Source: Azolla caroliniana
Lineage: Eukaryota; Plantae; Polypodiophyta
Direction: 5' to 3'
Assembly (NCBI GenBank): GCA_043228905.1
Contig: JBHGNT010000032.1
Span: 248,001 to 312,000, forward strand
Length of the DNA stretch: 64,000 nt
This document shows, one piece after another, positions 52,701 to 64,000 of the stretch. The translations under genes were made by a program, and so were the position numbers. The first letter of the stretch is position 1; every line of letters begins with the position of its first letter. A model generated the notes under the pieces. That model was given only the letters and a program-made list of their open reading frames with translations. It was not told the DNA's origin and ran no database searches.

Positions 52701-55700
52701 GTTTCAAAATCTTGATTTTTTAATTCCATATCATAGCTAGCGTTGTTGGCTTCGATTCGCATGTTTGAACACAAAAATCCGATATCACACGAGCCAGGTA
52801 TGAACATTTTAATTTACTCAAGGGCTCCTCTCAACTCCCTCCTCAAGTTTGGTATTTTGTCATGTCTCTCGACCTGAGTTTCAAAATCTTGATTTTTTAA
52901 TTCCATATCATACCTCACGTAGTTGGCTTCGATTCGCATGTTTGAACACAAAAATCCGATATCACACGAGCCAGGTATGAATATTTTAATTACTTAAGGG
53001 CTCCTCTCAACTCCCTCCTCAAGTTTGCTATTTTCGTCATGTCTCTCGACCTGGGTTTCAAAATCTTGATTTTTTAATTCCATATCATAGCTAGCGTTGT
53101 TGGCTTCGATTCGCATGTTTGAACACAAAAATCCGATATCACACGAGCCAGGTATGAACATTTTAATTTACTCAAGGGCTGTTCTCAACTCCCTCCTCAA
53201 GTTTGCTATTTTCGTCATGTCTCTCGACCTGGGTTTCAAAATCTTGATTTTTTAATTCCATATCATAGCTAGCGTTGTTGGCTTCGATTCGCATGCTTGA
53301 ACACAAAAATCCGATATCACACGAGCCAGGTATGAACATTTTAATTTACTCAAGGGCTCCTCTCAACTCCCTCCTCAAGTTTGCTATTTTCGTCATGTCT
53401 CTCGACCTGAGTTTGAAATTCTTGATTTTTTAATTCCATATCATAGCTAGCGTTGTTAGCTTCGATTTGCATGTTTGAACACAAAAATCCGATATCACAC
53501 GAGCCAGGTATGAACATTTTAATTTACTCAAGGGCTCCTCTCAAGTCCCTCCTCAAGTTTGCTATTTTCGTCATGTATCTCGACCTGAGTTTGAAATTCT
53601 TGATTTTTTAATTCCATATCATAGCTAGCGTTGTTGGCTTCGATTCGCATGTTTGAACACAAAAATCCGATATCACACGAGCCAGGTATGAACATTTTAA
53701 TTTACTCAAGGGCTCCTCTCAAGTCCCTCCTCAAGTTTGCTATTTTCGTCATGTCTCTCGACCTGAGTTTCAAAATCTTGATTTTTTAATTCCATATCAT
53801 ACCTCACGTAGTTGGCTTCAATTCGCATGTTTGAACACAAAAATCCGATATCACACGAGCCAGGTATGAACATTTTAATTTACTCAAGGGCTCCTCTCAA
53901 CTCCCTCCTCAAGTTTGCTATTTTCGTCATGTCTCTCGACCTGAGTTTCAAAATCTTGATTTTTTAATTCCATATCATACCTCACGTAGTTGGCTTCAAT
54001 TCGCATGTTTGAACACAAAAATCCGATATCACACGAGCCAGGTATGAACATTTTAATTTACTCAAGGGCTCCTCTCAACTCACTCCTCAAATTTGCTATT
54101 TTCGTCATGTCTCTCGACCTGAGTTTCAAAATCTTGATTTTTTAATTCCATATCATAGCTCGCGTTGTTGGCTTCGATTCGCATGTTTGAACACAAAAAT
54201 CCGATATCACACGAGCCAGGTATCAACATTTTAATTTACTCAAGGGCTCCTCTCAACTCCCTCCTCAAGTTTGCTATTTTCGTCATGTCTCTCGACCTGG
54301 GTTTCAAAATCTTGATTTTTTAATTCCATATCATAGCTAGCGTTGTTGGCTTCGATTCGCATGTTTGAACACAAAAATCCGATATCACACGAGCCAGGTA
54401 TGAACATTTTAATTTACTCAAGGGCTCCTCTCAACTCCCTCCTCAAGTTTGCTATTGTCGTCATGTCTCTCGACCTGAGTTTCAAAATCTTGATTTTTTA
54501 ATTCCATATCATAGCTAGCGTTTCAAGCTTCGATTTGCATGTTTGAACACAAAAATCCGATATCACACGAGCCAGGTATGAACATTTTAATTACTTAAGG
54601 GCTCCTCTCAACTCCCTCCTCAAGTTTGCTATTTTCGTCATGTCTCTCGACCTGAGTTTCAAAGTCTTGATTTTTTAATTCCATAGCATAGCTCGCGTTG
54701 TTGGCTTCGATTTGCATGTTTGAACACAAAAATCCGATATCACACGAGCCAGGTATGAACATTTTAATTACTTAAGGGCTGTTCTCAACTCACTCCTCAA
54801 ATTTGCTATTTTCGTCATGTCTCTCGACCTGGGTTTCAAAATCTTGATTTTTTAATTCCATATCATAGCTCGCGTTGTTGGCTTCGATTCGCATGTTTGA
54901 ACACAAAAATCCGATATCACACGAGCCAGGTATGAACATTTTAATTTACTCAAGGGCTCCTCTCAACTCCCTCCTCAAGTTTGCTATTTTCGTCATGTCT
55001 CTCGACCTGAGTTTCAAAATCTTGATTTTTTAATTCCATATCATAGCTAGCGTTGTTGGCTTCGATTCGCATGTTTGAACACAAAAATCCGATATCACAC
55101 GAGCCAGGTATGAACATTTTAATTTACTCAAGGGCTCTTCTCAACTCCCTCCTCAAGTTTGCTATTTTCGTCATGTCTCTCGACCTGAGTTTCAAAATCT
55201 TGATTTTTTAATTCCATATCATAGCTAGCGTTGTTGGCTTCGATTCGCATGTTTGAACACAAAAATCCGATATCACACGAGCCAGGTATGAACATTTTAA
55301 TTTACTCAAGGGCTCTTCTCAACTCCCTCCTCAAGTTTGGTATTTTCGTCATGTCTCTCGACCTGAGTTTCAAAATCTTGATTTTTTAATTCCATATCAT
55401 AGCTAGCGTTGTTGGCTTCGATTCGCATGTTTGAACACAAAAATCCGATATCACACGAGCCAGGTATGAACATTTTAATTTACTCAAGGGCTCCTCTCAA
55501 CTCCCTCCTCAAGTTTGGTATTTTGTCATGTCTCTCGACCTGAGTTTCAAAATCTTGATTTTTTAATTCCATATCATAGCTAGCGTTGTTGGCTTCGATT
55601 CGCATGTTTGAACACAAAAATCCGATATCACACGAGCCAGGTATGAACATTTTAATTTACTCAAGGGCTCCTCTCAACTCCCTCCTCAAGTTTGGTATTT

Positions 55701-58700
55701 TGTCATGTCTCTCGACCTGAGTTTCAAAATCTTGATTTTTTAATTCCATATCATACCTCCCGTAGTTGGCTTCGATTCGCATGTTTGAACACAAAAATCC
55801 GATATCACACGAGCCAGGTATGAATATTTTAATTACTTAAGGGCTCCTCTCAACTCCCTCCTCAAGTTTGCTATTTTCGTCATGTCTCTCGACCTGAGTT
55901 TCAAAATCTTGATTTTTTAATTCCATATCATAGCTAACGTTGTTAGCTTTGATTCGCATGTTTGAACACAAAAATCCGATATCACACGAGCCAGGTATGA
56001 ACATTTTAATTTACTCAAGGGCTCCTCTCAACTCCCTCCTCAAGTTTGCTATTTTCGTCATGTCTCTCGACCTGAGTTTCAAAATCTTGATTTTTTAATT
56101 CCATATCATAGCTAGCGTTGTTGGCTTTGATTCGCATGTTTGAACACAAAAATCCGATATCACACGAGCCAGGTATGAACATTTTAATTTACTCAAGGGC
56201 TCCTCTCAACTCCCTCCTCAAGTTTGCTATTTTCGTCATGTCTCTCGACCTGAGTTTCAAAATCTTGATTTTTTAATTCCATATCATAGCTAGCGTTGTT
56301 GGCTTCGATTCGCATGTTTGAACACAAAAATCCGATATCACACGAGCCAGGTATGAACATTTTAATTTACTCAAGGGCTCCTCTCAACTCCCTCCTCAAG
56401 TTTGCTATTTTCGTCATGTCTCTCGACCTGAGTTTCAAAATCTTGATTTTTTAATTCCATATCATAGCTAGCGTTGTTGGCTTCGATTCGCATGTTTGAA
56501 CACAAAAATCCGATATCACACGAGCCAGGTATGAACATTTTAATTTACTCAAGGGCTCCTCTCAACTCCCTCCTCAAGTTTGGTATTTTGTCATGTCTCT
56601 CGACCTGAGTTTCAAAATCTTGATTTTTTAATTCCATATCATACCTCACGTAGTTGGCTTCGATTCGCATGTTTGAACACAAAAATCCGATATCACACGA
56701 GCCAGGTATGAATATTTTAATTACTTAAGGGCTCCTCTCAACTCCCTCCTCAAGTTTGCTATTTTCGTCATGTCTCTCGACCTGGGTTTCAAAATCTTGA
56801 TTTTTTAATTCCATATCATAGCTAGCGTTGTTGGCTTCGATTCGCATGTTTGAACACAAAAATCCGATATCACACGAGCCAGGTATGAACATTTTAATTT
56901 ACTCAAGGGCTGTTCTCAACTCCCTCCTCAAGTTTGCTATTTTCGTCATGTCTCTCGACCTGAGTTTCAAAATCTTGATTTTTTAATTCCATATCATAGC
57001 TAGCGTTGTTGGCTTCGATTCGCATGTTTGAACACAAAAATCCGATATCACACGAGCCAGGTATGAACATTTTAATTTACTCAAGGGCTCTTCTCAACTC
57101 CCTCCTCAAGTTTGCTATTTTCGTCATGTCTCTCGACCTGGGTTTCAAAATCTTGATTTTTTAATTCCATATCATAGCTAGCGTTGTTGGCTTCGATTCG
57201 CATGTTTGAACACAAAAATCCGATATCACACGAGCCAGGTATGAACATTTTAATTTACTCAAGGGCTCCTCTCAACTCACTCCTCAAATTTGCTATTTTC
57301 GTCATGTCTCTCGACCTGAGTTTGAAATTCTTGATTTTTTAATTCCATATCATAGCTAGCGTTGTTAGCTTCGATTGGCATGTTTGAACATAAAAATCCG
57401 ATATCACACGAGCCAGGTATGAACATTTTAATTTACTCAAGGGCTGTTTTCAACTCACTCCTCAAATTTGCTATTTTCGTCATGTCTCTCGACCTGGGTT
57501 TCAAAATCTTGATTTTTTAATTCCATATCAAAGCTCGCGTTGTTGGCTTCGATTCGCATGTTTGAACACAAAAATCCGATATCACACGAGCCAGGTATGA
57601 ACATTTTAATTTACTCAAGGGCTGTTTTCAACTCCCTCCTCAAGTTTGCTATTTTCGTCATGTCTCTCGACCTGGGTTTCAAAATCTTGATTTTTTAATT
57701 CCATATGATAGCTAGCGTTGTTGGCTTCGATTCGCATGTTTGAACACAAAAATCCGATATCACACGAGCCAGGTATGAACATTTTAATTTACTCAAGGGC
57801 TCCTCTCAACTCCCTCCTCAAGTTTGCTATTTTCGTCATGTCTCTCGACCTGAGTTTCAAAATCTTGATTTTTTAATTCCATATCATAGCTAGCGTTGTT
57901 GGCTTTGATTCGCATGTTTGAACACAAAAATCCGATATCACACGAGCCAGGTATGAACATTTTAATTTACTCAAGGGCTGTTCTCAACTCACTCCTCAAA
58001 TTTGGTAATTTCGTCATGTCTCTCGACCTGGGTTTCAAAATCTTGATTTTTTAATTCCATATCATAGCTAGCGTTGTTGGCTTCGATTCGCATGTTTGAA
58101 CACAAAAATCCGATATCACACGAGCCAGGTATGAACATTTTAATTTACTCAAGGGCTGTTCTCAACTCCCTCCTCAAGTTTGCTATTTTCGTCATGTCTC
58201 TCGACCTGGGTTTCAAAATCTTGATTTTTTAATTCCATATCATAGCTAGCGTTGTTGGCTTCGATTCGCATGTTTGAACACAAAAATCCGATATCACACG
58301 AGCCAGGTATGAACATTTTAATTTACTCAAGGGCTCCTCTCAACTCTCTCCTCAAGTTTGCTATTTTCGTCATGTCTCTCGACCTGAGTTTGAAATTCTT
58401 GATTTTTTAATTCCATATCATAGCTAGCGTTGTTGGCTTCGATTCGCATGTTTGAACACAAAAATCCGATATCACACGAGCCAGGTATGAACATTTTAAT
58501 TTACTCAAGGGCTCTTCTCAACTCCCTCCTCAAGTTTGCTATTTTCGTCATGTCTCTCGACCTGAGTTTCAAAATCTTGATTTTTTAATTCCATATCATA
58601 GCTAGCGTTGTTGGCTTCGATTCACATGTTTGAACACAAAAATCCGATATCACACGAGCCAGGTATGAACATTTTAATTTACTCAAGGGCTCCTCTCAAC

Positions 58701-61700
58701 TCCCTCCTCAAGTTTGGTATTTTGTCATGTCTCTCGACCTGAGTTTCAAAATCTTGATTTTTTAATTCCATATCATACCTCCCGTAGTTGGCTTCGATTC
58801 GCATGTTTGAACACAAAAATCCGATATCACACGAGCCAGGTATGAATATTTTAATTACTTAAGGGCTCCTCTCAACTCCCTCCTCAAGTTTGCTATTTTC
58901 GTCATGTCTCTCGACCTGAGTTTCAAAATCTTGATTTTTTAATTCCATATCATAGCTAACGTTGTTAGCTTTGATTCGCATGTTTGAACACAAAAATCCG
59001 ATATCACACGAGCCAGGTATGAACATTTTAATTTACTCAAGGGCTCCTCTCAACTCCCTCCTCAAGTTTGCTATTTTCGTCATGTCTCTCGACCTGAGTT
59101 TCAAAATCTTGATTTTTTAATTCCATATCATAGCTAGCGTTGTTGGCTTCGATTCGCATGTTTGAACACAAAAATCCGATATCACACGAGCCAGGTATGA
59201 ACATTTTAATTTACTCAAGGGCTCCTCTCAACTCCCTCCTCAAGTTTGGTATTTTGTCATGTCTCTCGACCTGAGTTTCAAAATCTTGATTTTTTAATTC
59301 CATATCATAGCTAGCGTTGTTGGCTTCGATTCGCATGTTTGAACACAAAAATCCGATATCACACGAGCCAGGTATGAACATTTTAATTTACTCAAGGGCT
59401 CCTCTCAACTCCCTCCTCAAGTTTGCTATTTTCGTCATGTCTCTCGACCTGAGTTTCAAAATCTTGATTTTTTAATTCCATATCATAGCTAACGTTGTTA
59501 GCTTTGATTCGCATGTTTGAACACAAAAATCCGATATCACACGAGCCAGGTATGAACATTTTAATTTACTCAAGGGCTCCTCTCAACTCCCTCCTCAAGT
59601 TTGCTATTTTCGTCATGTCTCTCGGCCTGAGTTTCAAAATCTTGATTTTTTAATTCCATATCATAGCTAGCGTTGTTGGCTTCGATTCGCATGTTTGAAC
59701 ACAAAAATCCGATATCACACGAGCCAGGTATGAACATTTTAATTTACTCAAGGGCTCCTCTCAACTCCCTCCTCAAGTTTGCTATTTTCGTCATGTCTCT
59801 CGACCTGAGTTTCAAAATCTTGATTTTTTAATTCCATATCATAGCTAGCGTTGTTGGCTTCGATTCGCATGTTTGAACACAAAAATCCGATATCACACGA
59901 GCCAGGTATGAACATTTTAATTTACTCAAGGGCTCCTCTCAACCTACTCCTCAAATTTGCTATTTTCGTCATGTCTCTCGACCTGAGTTTGAAATTCTTG
60001 ATTTTTTAATTCCATATCATAGCTAGCGTTGTTAGCTTCGATTGGCATGTTTGAACATAAAAATCCGATATCACACGAGCCAGGTATGAACATTTTAATT
60101 TACTCAAGGGCTGTTTTCAACTCACTCCTCAAATTTGCTATTTTCGTCATGTCTCTCGACCTGGGTTTCAAAATCTTGATTTTTTAATTCCATATCAAAG
60201 CTCGCGTTGTTGGCTTCGATTCGCATGTTTGAACACAAAAATCCGATATCACACCAGCCAGGTATGAACATTTTAATTTACTCAAGGGCTGTTTTCAACT
60301 CCCTCCTCAAGTTTGCTATTTTCGTCATGTCTCTCGACCTGGGTTTCAAAATCTTGATTTTTTAATTCCATATCAAAGCTCGCGTTGTTGGCTTCGATTC
60401 GCATGTTTGAACACAAAAATCCGATATCACACCAGCCAGGTATGAACATTTTAATTTACTCAAGGGCTGTTTTCAACTCCCTCCTCAAGTTTGCTATTTT
60501 CGTCATGTCTCTCGACCTGGGTTTCAAAATCTTGATTTTTTAATTCCATATGATAGCTAGCGTTGTTGGCTTCGATTCGCATGTTTGAACACAAAAATCC
60601 GATATCACACGAGCCAGGTATGAACATTTTAATTTACTCAAGGGCTCCTCTCAACTCCCTCCTCAAGTTTGCTATTTTCGTCATGTCTGTCGACCTGAGT
60701 TTCAAAATCTTGATTTTTTAATTCCATATCATAGCTAGCGTTGTTGGCTTTGATTCGCATGTTTGAACACAAAAATCCGATATCACACGAGCCAGGTATG
60801 AACATTTTAATTTACTCAAGGGCTGTTCTCAACTCACTCCTCAAATTTGGTAATTTCGTCATGTCTCTCGACCTGGGTTTCAAAATCTTGATTTTTTAAT
60901 TCCATATCATAGCTAGCGTTGTTGGCTTCGATTCGCATGTTTGAACACAAAAATCCGATATCACACGAGCCAGGTATGAACATTTTAATTTACTCAAGGG
61001 CTGTTCTCAACTCCCTCCTCAAGTTTGCTATTTTCGTCATGTCTCTCGACCTGGGTTTCAAAATCTTGATTTTTTAATTCCATATCATAGCTAGCGTTGT
61101 TGGCTTCGATTCGCATGTTTGAACACAAAAATCCGATATCACACGAGCCAGGTATGAACATTTTAATTTACTCAAGGGCTCCTCTCAACTCTCTCCTCAA
61201 GTTTGCTATTTTCGTCATGTCTCTCGACCTGAGTTTGAAATTCTTGATTTTTTAATTCCATATCATAGCTAGCGTTGTTGGCTTCGATTCGCATGTTTGA
61301 ACACAAAAATCCGATATCACACGAGCCAGGTATGAACATTTTAATTTACTCAAGGGCTCTTCTCAACTCCCTCCTCAAGTTTGCTATTTTCGTCATGTCT
61401 CTCGACCTGAGTTTCAAAATCTTGATTTTTTAATTCCATATCATAGCTAGCGTTGTTGGCTTCGATTCACATGTTTGAACACAAAAATCCGATATCACAC
61501 GAGCCAGGTATGAACATTTTAATTTACTCAAGGGCTCCTCTCAACTCCCTCCTCAAGTTTGGTATTTTGTCATGTCTCTCGACCTGAGTTTCAAAATCTT
61601 GATTTTTTAATTCCATATCATACCTCCCGTAGTTGGCTTCGATTCGCATGTTTGAACACAAAAATCCGATATCACACGAGCCAGGTATGAATATTTTAAT

Positions 61701-64000
61701 TACTTAAGGGCTCCTCTCAACTCCCTCCTCAAGTTTGCTATTTTCGTCATGTCTCTCGACCTGAGTTTCAAAATCTTGATTTTTTAATTCCATATCATAG
61801 CTAACGTTGTTAGCTTTGATTCGCATGTTTGAACACAAAAATCCGATATCACACGAGCCAGGTATGAACATTTTAATTTACTCAAGGGCTCCTCTCAACT
61901 CCCTCCTCAAGTTTGCTATTTTCGTCATGTCTCTCGACCTGAGTTTCAAAATCTTGATTTTTTAATTCCATATCATAGCTAGCGTTGTTGGCTTCGATTC
62001 GCATGTTTGAACACAAAAATCCGATATCACACGAGCCAGGTATGAACATTTTAATTTACTCAAGGGCTCCTCTCAACTCCCTCCTCAAGTTTGCTATTTT
62101 CGTCATGTCTCTCGACCTGAGTTTCAAAATCTTGATTTTTTAATTCCATATCATAGCTAGCGTTGTTGGCTTCGATTCGCATGTTTGAACACAAAAATCC
62201 GATATCACACGAGCCAGGTATGAACATTTTAATTTACTCAAGGGCTCCTCTCAACTCCCTCCTCAAGTTTGCTATTTTCGTCATGTCTCTCGACCTGAGT
62301 TTCAAAATCTTGATTTTTTAATTCCATATCATAGCTAGCGTTGTTGGCTTCGATTCACATGTTTGAACACAAAAATCCGATATCACACGACCCAGGTATG
62401 AACATTTTAATTTACTCAAGGGCTCCTCTCAACTCCCTCCTCAAGTTTGGTATTTTGTCATGTCTCTCGACCTGAGTTTCAAAATCTTGATTTTTTAATT
62501 CCATATCATACCTCCCGTAGTTGGCTTCGATTCGCATGTTTGAACACAAAAATCCGATATCACACGAGCCAGGTATGAATATTTTAATTACTTAAGGGCT
62601 CCTCTCAACTCCCTCCTCAAGTTTGCTATTTTCGTCATGTCTCTCGACCTGAGTTTCAAAATCTTGATTTTTTAATTCCATATCATAGCTAACGTTGTTA
62701 GCTTTGATTCGCATGTTTGAACACAAAAATCCGATATCACACGAGCCAGGTATGAACATTTTAATTTACTCAAGGGCTCCTCTCAACTCCCTCCTCAAGT
62801 TTGCTATTTTCGTCATGTCTCTCGACCTGAGTTTCAAAATCTTGATTTTTTAATTCCATATCATAGCTAGCGTTGTTGGCTTCGATTCGCATGTTTGAAC
62901 ACAAAAATCCGATATCACACGAGCCAGGTATGAACATTTTAATTTACTCAAGGGCTCCTCTCAACTCCCTCCTCAAGTTTGGTATTTTGTCATGTCTCTC
63001 GACCTGAGTTTCAAAATCTTGATTTTTTAATTCCATATCATAGCTAGCGTTGTTGGCTTCGATTCGCATGTTTGAACACAAAAATCCGATATCACACGAG
63101 CCAGGTATGAACATTTTAATTTACTCAAGGGCTCCTCTCAACTCCCTCCTCAAGTTTGCTATTTTCGTCATGTCTCTCGACCTGAGTTTCAAAATCTTGA
63201 TTTTTTAATTCCATATCATAGCTAACGTTGTTAGCTTTGATTCGCATGTTTGAACACAAAAATCCGATATCACACGAGCCAGGTATGAACATTTTAATTT
63301 ACTCAAGGGCTCCTCTCAACTCACTCCTCAAATTTGCTATTTTCGTCATGTCTCTCGACCTGAGTTTGAAATTCTTGATTTTTTAATTCCATATCATAGC
63401 TAGCGTTGTTAGCTTCGTTTGGCATGTTTGAACATAAAAATCGGATATCACACGAGCCAGGTATGAACATTTTAATTTACTCAAGGGCTGTTTTCAACTC
63501 ACTCCTCAAATTTGCTATTTTCGTCATGTCTCTCGACCTGGGTTTCAAAATCTTGATTTTTTAATTCCATATCAAAGCTCGCGTTGTTGGCTTCGATTCG
63601 CATGTTTGAACACAAAAATCCGATATCACACCAGCCAGGTATGAACATTTTAATTTACTCAAGGGCTGTTTTCAACTCCCTCCTCAAGTTTGCTATTTTC
63701 GTCATGTCTCTCGACCTGGGTTTCAAAATCTTGATTTTTTAATTCCATATGATAGCTAGCGTTGTTGGCTTCGATTCGCATGTTTGAACACAAAAATCCG
63801 ATATCACACGAGCCAGGTATGAACATTTTAATTTACTCAAGGGCTCCTCTCAACTCCCTCCTCAAGTTTGCTATTTTCGTCATGTCTGTCGACCTGAGTT
63901 TCAAAATCTTGATTTTTTAATTCCATATCATAGCTAGCGTTGTTGGCTTTGATTCGCATGTTTGAACACAAAAATCCGATATCACACGAGCCAGGTATGA
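46739..64000. repeat. 178-bp tandem satellite array, right arm (~97 monomers, same family and orientation)
   Basis: The satellite resumes at ACACGAGCCAGGTATGAACATTTT and continues to the window end with the same 178-bp period. Confidence 0.98.

Noticed and set aside
1-64000. CRISPR array, or identity with Arabidopsis CEN178
   Set aside because: There are no unique spacers. The monomer length matches CEN178 but the sequence does not resemble it as I recall it, so no species is assigned without a search.

Overview
Eukaryotic, probably plant, satellite DNA: a highly homogeneous 178-bp tandem array (centromere-type size, organised in higher-order repeats) fills about 54.5 kb. It is interrupted at about 37220-46741 by one 9.5-kb insertion of an endonuclease-deficient Penelope-like retroelement (PLE) on the minus strand. 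The insert is a head-to-tail partial tandem of about 1.55 units of a 6124-bp element. The unit carries an 878-aa ORF1, a PLE/telomerase-related reverse transcriptase with no GIY-YIG endonuclease, a -1 ribosomal frameshift signal (A_AAA_AAC plus a hairpin) that would fuse ORF1 to RT, a minimal type I hammerhead ribozyme with a palindromic stem III (present in both copies), and degenerate TTTAGGG telomere-like repeats. The junctions show microhomology, no target-site duplication and a small target deletion. EN-minus PLEs are known mainly from telomeres, so a young, intact copy inside a centromere-type satellite is the main point of interest. The short ORFs in the satellite are artefacts.
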